Both the position numbers and the translations under genes were made by a program. A stretch of 63,901 nucleotides of DNA, counting the filler, from Phoronis australis (taxonomy: Eukaryota; Animalia; Phoronida), in the NCBI GenBank assembly GCA_002633005.1. It is 11 parts of 11 records of this genome, joined end to end, with 100 filler letters (N's around TTAATTAATTAA, not from the genome) between each part and the next. Parts side by side here need not be neighbours in the genome. Positions count along the whole stretch, not along the records: positions 9,210 to 16,911 come from NMRA01000056.1; positions 17,012 to 21,692 come from NMRA01002517.1; positions 21,793 to 37,339 come from NMRA01001528.1; 8 more parts are not named here. The stretch is one strand, 5' to 3'. Position 1 is the stretch's first letter, and each line of letters starts with the position of its first letter. The notes under the pieces are model-generated. The model searched no databases. It worked only from the letters and a program-made list of their open reading frames with translations, and was not told where the DNA came from. Positions 10,941-24,155 of this stretch are shown here, piece after piece.

Positions 10941-12645
10941 TCTGACTAAGTGTGTTTTAAAACTATGTTAAGCCACCTCAATTGTTCCCTCATAGAAGTG
11001 AAAATTTCATCTAATTTGCGTTTGCCTTGTGTTGGTGTGAGCATTTTAGTTATTTGTGAGTAAAGAAAAGTAGGCCTAGAAACCAACTTTCGTTCCACCA
11101 ATTTCTATAGCAGTTTTTGGTACCTTTAACATTGCCACACCCTGTTGCAAAATTCTCCATGTGATATTTGCTGTCTAGAGTCACATGACCATCTAGTGTC
11201 AAAAAGTGGCAACTTTGACATTTTCTCTTTTTGCAGCGGAATGAAAGAAAAAATAAATTCCTTAAGCTGGTTTTAAGTTTATTACATGTAGAAAAGTTAC
11301 CAAAGGGACAAAAAAAATTGAAACCTGAACGTGACATTTTCAAACTGTGTGCTGAAAGGAAAGTGTTGGTGACTGAATTCCACAAAAATTCATGATTTAC
11401 ATTATTTTTTCTTGTCACCTGCTGTACACATAATCTCTTTCAGACAGACACGTTTTAGACACGAATATCCAAGTTAACAGTTTGTGAACATTTCAAAAGT
11501 GACCACGTTTTTGGAGACAAAATGTGCACCCAGGAACATTCTGCTAAATAAATGAATGACCTAACAATCCATTAGACTTTTAAAAAATGTCAGCAGTTGT
11601 GTCTACTCTTTTATTGGTTTTCATGTATAATAGAGTACAATTAAAATATAGATAATTTTTATTCTAAAATCTAATTTTTGGTTCTTCCCAGTACTTGCAG
11701 AAAAAGAGTGGCAATTTGAAATACTGGGTATGCATATTTACATCAGCATAATAATTTTGACTCCTCCAAATACACAACATTCGCTTTAGCAGAGTTTGAT
11801 TATTAAAAATGAAGTAAATGTTTGGGTTTTCAGCCCATTTTCAGCAACTTTTATAAAATATTTATACTTTCGGAATGTCAAGGAAAGTTCCATTAATCAT
11901 ACAAGTGTTTTTTTTTCTGAAAACACTGAATTTTTTGCAAAGAAGCTTAAACCATTTAGTTTCGCCCAGTTTTATGAATGACTATGGTGGAAATCGCCAT
12001 TTGGCTTTTTTCAAAAAAGTGGGTCAAAATATTTTTTTCGGTGCATGTCAAAAATGTGGTTTTCTAAAAAAGATTCTTTTTGTTTAAGTTCCCTTGGATG
12101 ATGAAATGTCGTATTAAAAATCAACCGGAAGACGGATGATTCGCTGTTCAAACTCTCGTGGCTAGTCCCGTGAAATCTCGTGAAGCTCTAACACTAGTAG
12201 AAGCAGGAAGAGATAACCATCTCTTCCTGGTAGAAGGCATCGGTCAGGCGCAGGCCCGTAGCCAGGAGGGTTCGATCGACCCCCCCCCCCCCCCCCCNCC
12301 CCCCCCCCCTCTCCCGCAGAAAAGGTCTAGCACCAGCCTATTAAGGTAGTAAACATGGACAACAACAAAATTGTTGCAACTACTGGTACTACTAACTACA
12401 ATGACAATTAAGTTAGTAATAATTTTGAATTTGCTTCCGATTAGAAGCGCTTCACGTTATCATAGGGCCGGTGCCGTACCCGGCCACTTCGCAGGAGTCA
12501 GGTGTTTGCGTAGATGACAGGATCGTGCAGACGATTAGAGGAGGTTTTATATTATTCATCGGCATTAAACACATGTGGTGGCTACACCGTAGGGTAACAA
12601 CGGGGTCTGGAAGTAAATGCCTATTCCTAGCTAAGTTGTACATAT

Positions 12646-14147
12646 CGGTGAAATTGAAGGTGGTCTCAGGACGTGGGCCAAAAGAATTTTGACTCCCCTG
12701 GGAAGAATAACTGTAATTAAATCATTTATGATTTCCAAGCTAACTCATTTGCTTATTGCATTACCTTCCCCGTTACAGGAAACGATTCAAAGATTACAAA
12801 AACTTTTCTATAATTTTGTATGGGATGGTAAAAACGATAAAATCGGTCGAACTACGTTAATTCAAAATTTCACGCATGGAGGCTGTAAAATGATACACAT
12901 CAGCTCTTTCATCAAATCTTTAAAGGTTTCATGGTTTCGTAAAATAAATTCATGTAGTGAAGAGTTGTGGATGGATATTTTGTCCCAAAATAACTTTTTT
13001 AATACCCATCGTAACTACTTGTGCTTTGGCACAACATTTTATGAGATCTGGTCCAAAAATATTTCAAATTTGTTCTGGAAAGAGATATTCTCTTACATTA
13101 AAGAATTTTTTAGTAAATTTCCTGTAAAAAGAGAAAATATTATATATGAACCTTTGTGGTACAACTCTAATATTTTGGCAGGTAAAAGACATTTATACTA
13201 TAGAAGGTGGTATGAGAAAAATATTGTATTTATTTATGACTTTTTAGACTCTAATGGGACGTTTATGAATTATGAAAGTTTCTGTAACGTACATGATTTT
13301 TCTCCACCCTTCACTGAATACCTTGGTTTTAGGAGTATATTACGATCATATCTAAAAGATAGTAAAGGTCACGTCTTTCAAGTTACTTTACCTAATTTTC
13401 CACAGGTATTCTCTAACACACTATTTTGTCAAAAGCCAAATAAATTTATCTATGATACTTTAGTTTATCAGCTATATAGAAAACCAAAATTTGAGTTAAA
13501 ATGGGAGATGGTGTTAAATTTGAAATTATCTGATGAATGGTGGAGAAAAACCTACTGTTGCTCTGTAGACTTCACATCTGATACGACATTAAAATGGTTT
13601 TAAATTAGATTGACCCATAGAATTTTAAGTACAAACACTTTTCTCCATAAAATTGGAGTTACTAACTGGCAATTGTGCACCTTTTGTAAAAAGGAACCAG
13701 AGGATTTAATTCATCTCTACTGGTCATGTCATGTGTATTCCTTTTGGTCGGCATTATTTCGATGGATCAACCAAAAAGTAAATATAACCTTAAATCCTGC
13801 CACCATCGATATTCTTTTTGGTAAGTATTCTGAATCAAAAGTAATAAATCTAGTATTGATATTGGGTAAATATGTATATCGTCGTAGGTTAGAAAAACGC
13901 TTGCTCTGTATTGAACATCTCAAGGCAAAATTATATGAATACTTCAAAATTGAAAAATACATTTTTGCCAAAAATTGTGAACTTTTGGAATTTCATAAGA
14001 GATGGTCTCCTATAGTTCTTTTGTTTCGTTGACTGGGGTTACAACTAAGATTTAGGCCCCCGGAGTGAATGAGTGTATGAATGTGTATATTCCCTTTAAA
14101 TTTAGTATATATCTCACGCTACTTATGGATGAATAAATGTTAAAAAA
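12646..14147 (+). mobile_element. 5'-truncated Tx1/L1-clade non-LTR retrotransposon (ORF2 C-terminal part, 3'UTR, poly(A)) with a 13-bp TSD
   Basis: Reading frame WAKRILTPLGRITVIKS...FVWDGK...GG...CTFCKKEPEDLIHLYWSC (CCHC). One in-frame TAA at 13601-13603 splits the two tracked ORFs. AATAAA and an A-tail at ~14132-14149. TSD AAGTTGTACATAT at 12633-12645 and 14148-14160. Confidence 0.92.
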
Positions 14148-14769
14148 AAGTTGTACATATGCAGCAGCGAGTGAGATCTCAAAAAGTAGAGCGGTGTGGA
14201 TGCTTTAAAATCGAGCAAGAAACAAAAACTGCAGAAAATAGGTTTGTTATCTGATATTGCTTGCTGGCATAGTACGGTAAAGTGCAGGCATTTTCAATTT
14301 TGGAATTGAAATTGTTTGTCAAATACATGTATGTTGTTCTTCATCCAGTGGGCCACTTCACTTCGAGGATTGACATGCATGCGTGTACACGCCGTTGGTA
14401 AGTTCACTATAAAACACCCCTCTTTAGTTGTTCAAAAACCACACCCGTGTTTTCTTGCACTGAGAAATAGCGTAGAAAATAAATCTGAAACTAAATAAGG
14501 CGATCCAGATCCTCTCAAGTATACTATTGTTTCACGAAATGTAGAATATACATATATGTAAATACAACAACAATAATGGATCAACTGAAATTTTCGGATA
14601 TAATGACATCCTTCGTCAACAGAAACAGAAATAAAGTAAAATCAAACACTATATGACAATTAACATTTAAGATGTAACAGCGTAATGAATATGATACATT
14701 GTTGCGGAAAAAATTCAATGCTGATATAATTTAAGAAGTTTATGTTTAACCCATGAGGTTGCCCGAAAC

Positions 14770-16645
14770 TCTACATGGTACAATGATGATCATGACAATA
14801 CGGCCGGACTACAATTGTTTGATATCTTATTGTCTAATGACTGCATACAGAATAATAATAATAATATAATATAATGAGCCAACCAGCATCATGGACGTTT
14901 CTCATTCGTGTATTGGTCTCTGCATAACAAACAATTTGAGTATCATTGACTCGTGTTCTGTACTACCTCCTGTTGGCAATTCTGATCACTACACAATCGA
15001 AACCACTCTAACACCTAAAAAACCGGTTAAAGAACAACACACCACACGAACTATTTGGAAACATGATCAAGTCGACACCGATAAATTACGTCAGGATATC
15101 ACCTACACTGACTGGGGATTCCATATTGGACACTGGCGACATTGATGACACTGTTTCACTCTTCGCTAGTTCTCTCTATGAAATTTTACAAAAACAACAT
15201 CCCATCAACTGAAAAGATAATTGAACACAACAGTCAACCGTGGTTCAAAAATAATATGTCCCGAAAATAATAGGTGCGTCGCAAGCTCCGTTTCCTGAGA
15301 TACAAAGGAGACCGTGTATAGGCGATATAGGGTCATTTATTATGACTGATAAGGTACAGAAATATGAGTGTACAAATAACATAAAGATAAAATAATGATC
15401 TCTGGAAAGATGGGCAATAAAAAGCGCATTGAACGGGCAATCTGCACAAGAAACAGACTTTACAGCTCTTTGAGAAGATCTAACAACGCTGTAATCTACA
15501 ACAGATACAAGGAGCAGTCACGCCTGGAAGAAACTTGAGTAAATCAAGCCAAAGCTGATCACCGCCACAAACTTTTTCAACAAATTAACAGTGCAAGCAA
15601 GAACTCTAAAGAATACTAGAACATCATCAATAAAATACGCGGCAGTCAACAACAATCCTCTTATCCAGTCATCAACCACAATGGTAACCTAGCCTCAAGT
15701 AGCAGTGACAAATTATTCACGAACAAAAGCCACATTACACCAACTGAGATAGGTAACTTTCCCTTTCTTCATGAACGTTGTCTCAGTCAACTGTCTGATA
15801 CCCCGGCTAATCAAACTGATGTCCGGAAGTATTTCAATGAAAGTGACCCCAATAAGAACAATGGCACAGCTTTAATCACCAGCAAGATGATCAAAATGAT
15901 TGCCAACAAAATTACCATGCCCTTAACCAATCTGTTTAACAATCTTCTTCAGCTAAGGATATATCCGTCTTCTTGGAAACATGGAATTATGGTCCCTATA
16001 CACAAAAAAGACTCCAAAACTGAAATGTCAAATTATCGCTCAATAACTTTACTTAACACCCTATCCAAATTCTTCGAGAAGATTATTGCTCAAAGTATTC
16101 TTACATTTCTCAAACAAAACAACTTGATCTATCATCGTCAATTTGTTTTTTTTTTGCATGGGAACAGCACCATAACACAACTTGTTGAAATACTACATGA
16201 GATTCATTTACATTTTGAGAAGGGGGGGGGGGAGTGTCAGGTCCATTTTTCTAGATATAGCTTCTGCTTTCGACTATGTTCCTCACGACCTTCTACTTCA
16301 CAAACTTCGATCCTATGGCATCACTGGGAATCTTTTAAACCTGATCACCTTATATCTCTCCGATCGTACATATAGTGTTCCTGTCGACAGCGTACTTTCA
16401 TCTTTATCCCCTCCTGGATTTGTAAACGCAGGTGCACCGCAGGGTAGCGTATTGGACCCTCTTCTCTTTTTGGTTGATATTAATGACCTTTCTGATAACC
16501 TGTCATGTAGCACCTACCTTTATGAAGATGACACGGCGTTTTTTACCCCTTCCAAGGGAGCAGCCCTGAAAGTTTTTTGCACGGCTTCAACACGACTTGA
16601 ATAAACTTAGTTATTGGTCACAAGAATGGAGAATGAATTTTATGT
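14770..16645 (+). mobile_element. Decayed CR1/L2-group LINE (end of APE endonuclease plus reverse transcriptase)
   Basis: GNSDH endonuclease motif. RT motifs PSSWKHGIMVPIHKK, NYRSITLL, FLDIASAFD, PQGSVLDPLLFLVDINDL and YEDDT. Multiple frameshifts and stops. Confidence 0.9.
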
Positions 16646-17011
16646 TGGAGGATGATCTCCATGATGTATTATAAATTACATAAGAAATTGTATAAGAATT
16701 GCATAAGAGATTGTTGTATAAGAATTGCATAAGAAATAGTTTTATAAGAGTTAATTAGTGGAATGCTATAGTCTTGGAATGCAGTTTTGCTATATCTTGC
16801 CTTATATGGGCACGCTACTTGTGTATATATATTAATGCGATCATATAATAAAACAGTCTGAGAGATAGTTTCTTGTACAGAAACATGGTGTTCTTTTATT
16901 AACCGGCATATNNNNNNNNNNNNNNNNNNNNNNNNNNNNNNNNNNNNNNNNNNNNTTAATTAATTAANNNNNNNNNNNNNNNNNNNNNNNNNNNNNNNNN
17001 NNNNNNNNNNN

Positions 17012-17137
17012 CCAGTATTCATGATTCCGTGGGTCGTCACCCTCGCCCGATGGTCTGTTGACTACGGCGGGAGCCTGCCGCACCTCGGACGGGTCGAGAT
17101 GGAACTGCAGATTGACCCGTGGGTTGACCTCGCTGAC
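17012..17137 (-). CDS. UBE2Q-like (E2-fold) protein, exon e (truncated by contig end)
   Basis: gacag|VSEVNPRVNLQFHLDPSEVRQAPAVVNRPSGEGDDPRNHEYW, open to the contig edge in the expected phase. Confidence 0.75.
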
Positions 17138-17822
17138 CTGTCAACAAGGCACTTATTCTATACATAACTGCCATTCACGATAAATGTTTGACAAAACACC
17201 AAAAACTACAATTTCCAAACTATTGAAAGTATGAATTTGGACTAAAGGAAACAGAAACAATAACTAGGCATTCCCTATCATGACGGCCACTATGTTTGGC
17301 ACATAATCTCTAACCTTCACATTAAGATTATTATTTTGCAAGTGAAAACCTGCACAATTAAAAAAATTCTGTGAGTTTAAATTTCAATCATAAGATGCCA
17401 TGATACATGAAAAATAAAAATTTCAATTTCAAAACACGTTAAACTAAAAAACGACATTAGCAACTAAGCTCGTGATGTTGCTATGCAGTCAGAACAGTTG
17501 ACTTCCCCCCAACAGACAACGGATTTTTCAACTTGGCTGATTTTGCTTCAAGAACACTGACAACTTTAAAGTTACTCTTTTAATTTCGACCGATTTTAAA
17601 CGAGAAATAAATACTCAAGATTAATTATATTTTAAAACCCTACGTAGAATGCAGATAAATCCATAATAGTTGGCAGCTCTCTTATCGTGATGAGAAATTC
17701 CAAGATTACTTTTGATGTCATCTGTACCAATAATATATTCACTTAACTCACAAAAATTATCCGAAAACCATGAGTGGAAACAAAAATGAACAACAAAAAC
17801 ATAGTATGCACTAATCGCTTAC

Positions 17823-17913
17823 CAAAGAGAGTCGAAGAAGATGGTGTTCAATTTCGACATAAGAACCAGCTGGGTATCGCTTTGGGTCGTTACGTTCACT
17901 CGAGACTTCCAAC
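17823..17913 (-). CDS. UBE2Q-like (E2-fold) protein, exon d
   Basis: tttttccag|LEVSSERNDPKRYPAGSYVEIEHHLLRLSL|gtaagc, 91 nt, phase 2 to 0. Confidence 0.82.
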
Positions 17914-18605
17914 CTGGAAAAAGGGAACAAATAATAAAAACAAAACTACTAGTGAGTGATAGACTAAATCAGAGAGACTTCTATCAATGTATGACGTGAA
18001 GGATCTGGAAAGTACCACAGACACAAGCTGTACTTCCACGGATGTCAACCAATTACAAACTACGAACGTGTTGTTTTATGACAGCTGTACAAAATGAATG
18101 GCGCTAACGATATAGCAGAATTTAGCAATCATCATTTTTTGAGAAGTTAGACAAAATTAATGAGGCAATTCTTAACCAATATAGAACACAATATAGACGA
18201 CACATAAAATTTTATTTTGTCAAATTTCTCACACACAAACAAAGATTGACGAAACTTTAGTCCGTATTTAACTCGATTTTCGCTGTTAGATGTCATAAAA
18301 CAACAAGTGGTTGAGTTTCCAAATTTTTTCATCTTAAAAAATTCAATAAAGTTAAAATTAACAAAATCATTTGCAGCGAGGTAGTCAGCTTTTGGAAAAT
18401 TGAAAATGACAATTTTGACAATTATTTTCATGTAAAATAATACCGTATCCTTTTTTCAACTATTTGTAAAGTATAACAGAATTCTGCTTAGTCACGAGAC
18501 AACACCAACTGCTGACTGCTGGACTGTTAGTAAACTATGCTGGTTTACTCTTAGTTAAGTGCCAGTCAGAGAACGTGTGCTTGGTATCTATGTATAAAAC
18601 CCTAC

Positions 18606-18724
18606 CTCGCCCACTGCTGAAGAAATACTTTGATGTCGTGCAAGACACCTTTCATGTCCTTGGCAGGGTTCCAATAGGACAACTTAAGGATCTCCATGTT
18701 AGTGACTCTTTGCATCATGGACCC
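18606..18724 (-). CDS. UBE2Q-like (E2-fold) protein, exon c
   Basis: ctgcag|GSMMQRVTNMEILKLSYWNPAKDMKGVLHDIKVFLQQWA(R)|gtagg, 119 nt, phase 0 to 2. Confidence 0.85.
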
Positions 18725-19504
18725 CTGCAGAGACCAATCAATCAACATATCTGTCAATCAGTGTTCAACACTCATGCAAAGTAAAAACTGGTGAGCAAAA
18801 ACAACCAATTTTTTATGGATCTTAACCACTTTCTAAAACCGCTCTGAGGTGGTGGTGTTACAACCAAAACGTCGTGACAGTGTAAATAGACAAGAAGTCG
18901 GTGTAAATAGACCAAGAGATTTTAATAATAGATGGACCTTAACAGTCCTTGGCTTCCAGATTCACCCATCATTGCTCTCCCTAGGTCCATACAACCTGAT
19001 ATTGCCCTCGGGATCAGTCCGCATTTCTATAACATTGATTATGTTTCAGTGCAATATGAAAGAAAATTCAAAGCAGCCAATAANCCAAAAATATAGTAGT
19101 ATCACATTTAGTATATCATAACTCTGATAAATGATTATGGGTATAGCAAAATAAAAACAGACACTTTTGAGTTCTGATTTGAGGTGACGTTGCCCAAGTA
19201 GCCATGTAATACCATTTTTCATTCGGATGACAGACGTCACTATTCCTAAGCTGACTAATCATGCATTGCAGAAACCATAAACCCTTGATTGTGTAAACGA
19301 AGTTCGTGTGCACAAAATGGCAGCTAGTATAACAAAGCAGAAAACAGATATGTAAATCAAAATGATGAAAAAATCAGAAGAAAGGAGCATTGGTAGTTGT
19401 ATAATTATAAGATAAACATCGTCCATTATCACGTTATATGGATCTTAACCACTTTCTAAAAGCGCACTGAGGTGGAGGTGTGTCACAACCAAAACGTTGT
19501 GACA

Positions 19505-19765
19505 GTGTAAATAGACAAGAAGTCGGTGTAAATAGACAAGAAGTCGGTGTAAATAGACAAGAAGTCGGTGTAAATAGACAAGAAGTCGGTGTAAATAGAC
19601 AAGAAGTCGGTGTAAATAGACAAGAAGTCTGTGTAAATAGACAAGAAGTCGGTGCAAATAGACAAGAAGTCGGTGTAAATAGACAAGAAGTCGATGTAAA
19701 TAGACAATAAGTCGGTGTAAATAGACAAGAAGTCGGTGTAAATAGACAAGTCGGTGTAAATAGAC
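19505..19765 (+). repeat. 21-bp minisatellite (~12.5 copies) inside a local intronic duplication
   Basis: Unit gtgtaaatagacaagaagtcg. The flanks (19437-19936) duplicate 18814-19083, which holds only ~1.5 units. Confidence 0.95.
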
Positions 19766-20035
19766 CAAGAGATTTTAATAATAGATGGACCTTAACCGTC
19801 CTTGGCTTCCAGATTCACCCATCATTGCTCTCCCTAGGTCCATACAACCTAATATTGCCCTCAGGATCAGTACGCATTTCTCTAACACTGATTATGTTTC
19901 AGTGCAATATGAAAGAAAATTCAAAGCAGCCAATAATAAAGTATCAGTCTATTTAGAGGAGTTTTCACAATATTGCTGAGGACCTAAAAAGCAACATAAA
20001 CGTGCGAGACAATAAATAAATAGAAAGTTGCAAAC

Positions 20036-20101
20036 CTGTAACCTTGGTCTTATGACCTTGACCAGCGGAGGATAAAATGGATAAAGGTCTATGGTGAAGT
20101 C
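20036..20101 (-). CDS. UBE2Q-like (E2-fold) protein, exon b
   Basis: ttccag|DFTIDLYPFYPPLVKVIRPRLQ|gtttg. Carries the E2 YPFxPP motif. Confidence 0.88.
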
Positions 20102-20304
20102 CTGGAATTGACATGTATACAGTTTTGAGAAGAATCTTGTTATGAAGTCAGTTCAGGACTAATAATTATTTCACAGGATGAAAAAAAAACTTCTTTCCAT
20201 CCAGTTAAAACTCATGTCCAAAGACACTGATGAACATCATGAATAATAAGAGACAATTATTTAAAGAATGATGTTTTCTGATTTTCCACCCAACGGATTC
20301 GTGG

Positions 20305-20420
20305 ACTCGAAAAAGTGAAAGTTTCACTGTTGAATCGAAAAATCGAAAATTTCACCGTTAAATTGAAAAATCAAAAATTTTACCGCTGACTCGAAAAATA
20401 AAAATTTCACCGATGAATTA
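20305..20420 (+). repeat. ~28-bp degenerate tandem repeat (~4 copies)
   Basis: tcgaaaaatcgaaaatttcaccgttaaat-like units. Confidence 0.7.
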
Positions 20421-21634
20421 CAATAAGCTAATAAACAACAATGATATGAGAACTTACAACGGCTCACCATTACCAATTACAGTACGATACTGAGCCTCGA
20501 TTTGGGCTTTTAGCTAACACTACCGTAACTACAACTTGAAATGAAATAGTGTTCTGTTATGTTAAACCTAATAAGTTTAGAGCATGCCTGAAAATAATTT
20601 TTAAAGTCCACTAAATCAGCAAGATTGGTGAGTTACATGATGACTGTGGGGAAAGGCCGCCTACTTTAAAACACAAAATCAAATTTATGATACAGTGGGA
20701 AAATGTCTAAGGTGAATAAGGCTTTCATGACTCAGGGGAGATAATGATGCATCAGTGTGTGACAGAAACGCCTTTTGACAACTCATCAAAACAGGGTTCA
20801 ATGTCCTTTTAAATTTGAAGAAAGTGAATTGATGGTGTTCGTATTGTATACAGCGTTAAGAGACCCTCCTAACTAAACAAGCGTTCATCATAGCGTAATC
20901 AAGTTGTTACCCGCCACCTATAACTGCATACAGTGCCGCTATAATACAACGGAATTATAAATTTCTTGGGTAAAGATAAGCCAAATGCATAATCTTAATA
21001 ATACTTTTATTTCAATTGCAAATGATCACACTATTTTATTAAAATAGTCCCAAATTTTTAAATGAGAAAATTTCAAATCAAATACAAACTTTCTTACAGA
21101 GCATGTGTGATGTAGCTTCAAAATTTCTCATTACGACCTTGAAAATGAGGTCAAGGTTACCCAAATACAGTAAATCCAGGAGTTGCTACACGTTTAACTC
21201 AAAACAAGAACATAATCTACAACTTCTTCATTGAGATTATGCTTTTGTCTTCTGAATTATGATAAAAGTCAGAAATTTGATTATGAATAGCCGAAAGTTG
21301 ATTTTTTGAGTTTTGCTTTTCTCGAAAAGTTTCGTCTTCTGTCAAGTTGAGCAGGCTACGAGTTTACGTCTTTAGACTTCGAGACTTTGTGCGCAGACTT
21401 TCTGATTTCAGCCATAGCCTGTTTTCATGAAACAGACTAAGCCATATGTAGAATGATTTTTAGCTAACAGTCAAAACACAAAAACCAATAGGAACATTGA
21501 GAAATGGTGTCCTGGGTGTAATTAACTGACACAGAATGAAAGTACCAAAAGTCAATTACGGGTTCAACACAATGACCTATTTACAACATTTTATCAACTA
21601 TTCCTGGTGCATTTATAACCAGAATATGTCCTAC

Positions 21635-21692
21635 CAATTGAAGCTCAATGTAACTGTAACCAAACTTCTCATTTATCTCAATGAGGTCTCTG
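21635..21692 (-). CDS. UBE2Q-like (E2-fold) protein, exon a (truncated by contig start)
   Basis: RDLIEINEKFGYSYIELQL then a gtagga donor. Phase 0 join to 20036-20101. Confidence 0.8.
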
Positions 21693-21792
21693 NNNNNNNN
21701 NNNNNNNNNNNNNNNNNNNNNNNNNNNNNNNNNNNNTTAATTAATTAANNNNNNNNNNNNNNNNNNNNNNNNNNNNNNNNNNNNNNNNNNNN

Positions 21793-24155
21793 TTACGCAC
21801 CAAAATTGATTTTAGATCATTGAGAGTATGCTCTTTCCTGCCGCGTTAAATACTCACAAATTTCAGATCCCAAAACTGACTTCGTTCATAGGTACGGCGT
21901 TACTGTTCTTCACAACCGCCATTGAAAGTCTCTAGAGCGCAAGTCAAGTTCCCGACGTGAAAGTTGAATTAGTGCTATCTAACTGACACGTGCATTCGAG
22001 TAGCTAATTTTGCATTTGAAAAGGGAGAAAATGCATGTTGAAAAAGTATCCGAGATTTTGCTAGGTCTGACCTGCTACTGGCTGTCATCAAAGTCGTTAA
22101 AGATTCAAACTAACTCCGAGGCCAAATTCCCTCCGCTTTTTGTTCGCAGCCCAAATTTTACAACTTAACTCATGTTTGAGAAACGTCTGTCGAAAAACAA
22201 TCCGTGAAAAGATGCTTTAACCGAATAAACAATTCAGTGCAAAGTTCACAACAAAAGTGTGGTACTTATGCTGTTTCTGTACTCAACAATTAGTTTTCCA
22301 TGAAGTGAATAGCCTCCAAATAAATCCCGACTCCCTCCGTGCGAGTTTCCATCTGGTAACGGCAAGTTTGCTCAATACCTTCCAGGTACGGGAAAAATAG
22401 GTCAGTCACAAAACGACACGCATGTGACTAGTGCTAACTTTCTTTCGGAGGTATAAAACAAAGCCGGGATTTGGTTTTTACATATTGAGAAAAGACGTTT
22501 TTTGAAAACGGAATTTGTTGTGTAAAATGAGAGTGACACACCATATAGGCTGCGAGTCAATTTTAAACCACGCTCGGTCGTTTGTAGTGCGATATGATGG
22601 GCGTTAGCCTAAACTGTGGGCGCTTAATTGGAAATTCTCAAAAGTTGAGGGGGGAACGCTTAGTAGATCAGTGAGCGCTTATTGTGAAACACTTCAAAGA
22701 TAGGGAGTAGGCTTGTGCGTTAGCATAGTCGTTAACCTGAGTGTTTGCGGTAATAAGATATTAAAAGGCTACAATGGTAAGAAACGTTATAATAATACGA
22801 TTTTGCGAGGCAAACTCCATCTAGTAGGGGTGACTTTCTGCATATCGTTGCCACCTACACTGTACCCTTTTTAGCCACCCGGAATAATTTTGTTTTTAAT
22901 TGCCCGCTTCAGCTGGAACATGATTGTTTCTATTGGAGTCTGAACATTTTTACGGCGGCGGTGGTCAGGGGAACGAAAAGTTGCCCGGGAGGGGGCGGGG
23001 GGAGGTGTATGAAGAGAAGAATAAAAAGTTCGCTAACCACAATTTCGCATCTAGTACCCGTTTAGTTGCAATAGCTGGCTACGGGCATAGAATATAGGGT
23101 TGAGAGAACATCGACCTCGAGAAACATCGGAACCGGAAAATATCAGTTCTGGGTTACATCCGTCCCTGGAAATATCGTAAAGCATCAGGTCTTTTATAAC
23201 CGCCGGAAATCTATGAGTTCATTTTCAAATAAACCATTGGCACCCGGGTGCTTAACAGAGCCAAGCCGGTATACTCTTTCATTTAGGACTGCCGCTGTTC
23301 TCTTTTGACATGCAGCTTTGAAACAGTGCGCACGCGTGAGTTCACGCACTTGAATCACTGGAATAGGTCTACACTTTACGTTGGCAACAACGTGTGAAAG
23401 ACAAATCATATTTCGCGCATGCAGCCCCAGAAACAAGTAATGGGGTTTGAGAATTTCTTGGCAACTGAAAGTAAAGATGTGATCATCGTTTGGGGATTAA
23501 TACATGTAGGTTGTCATTTTCACTTTGGCTGTCTTATGGGATAAAAACGAGGCGCACATATCTAAGTCACGACTGTCTTGCCGGGACCACTTGCACACTA
23601 ACAGCGCCGGGGACCGACCAGTGCCGCAGTGCAATATCAGGGATATTGTCGTGGATATTTGGTAAAGGTAATAAGGACAACTTAAGCGAAAAACAAGCAT
23701 ATTTGTCCACCACAAAGTTTGATAAGTTGATCGCTTAAGAATTAATAGAAACACCACTGTTTTGTGAGGTTTCATCACGTGTTATGTGGCCCGAAACTTT
23801 CTTCGGCAAATCTGGAAATTTGCAAAAGTGGCCGAAAATGTTAGCCAATGAAACGCGTCAAAGATCGATTCTGCATATCCCATGGTCACGCGACTTGCTT
23901 ACAAGTCATCGGGAGGGCTGTTCTCAGTTAGTGGTCTTTTGAACTTGGATTTGGCAAAAACCAAGTAATGGTGGTATTAACAACAGTTGCTTTATATTTG
24001 CCAGGTATCTGCCGAGAAGTGTAAAAACTCAGGTCGCATTCGTTGGAAATTCCAGGTCGCATTTTGCGATGTGATATGGGCTGACAAAAATCTTGGCTCG
24101 CATTTCCAAATTTCAGGTCGCAAATGCGACCTGCAGCTCGTTATTTTGAGCCCTG
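21793..24155 (+). mobile_element. Non-autonomous hAT-like DNA transposon, copy 1 (left end lost at contig edge)
   Basis: Collinear with 49798-51960. Subterminal caggtcgcattt repeats. Ends gagccctg. Confidence 0.8.

Noticed and set aside
19445-19768. Repetitive ORFs (LVYLHRL)n, (VNRQEVG)n, (SIYTDFL)n
   Set aside because: By-products of a stop-free 21-bp minisatellite in an intron of the E2-like gene.
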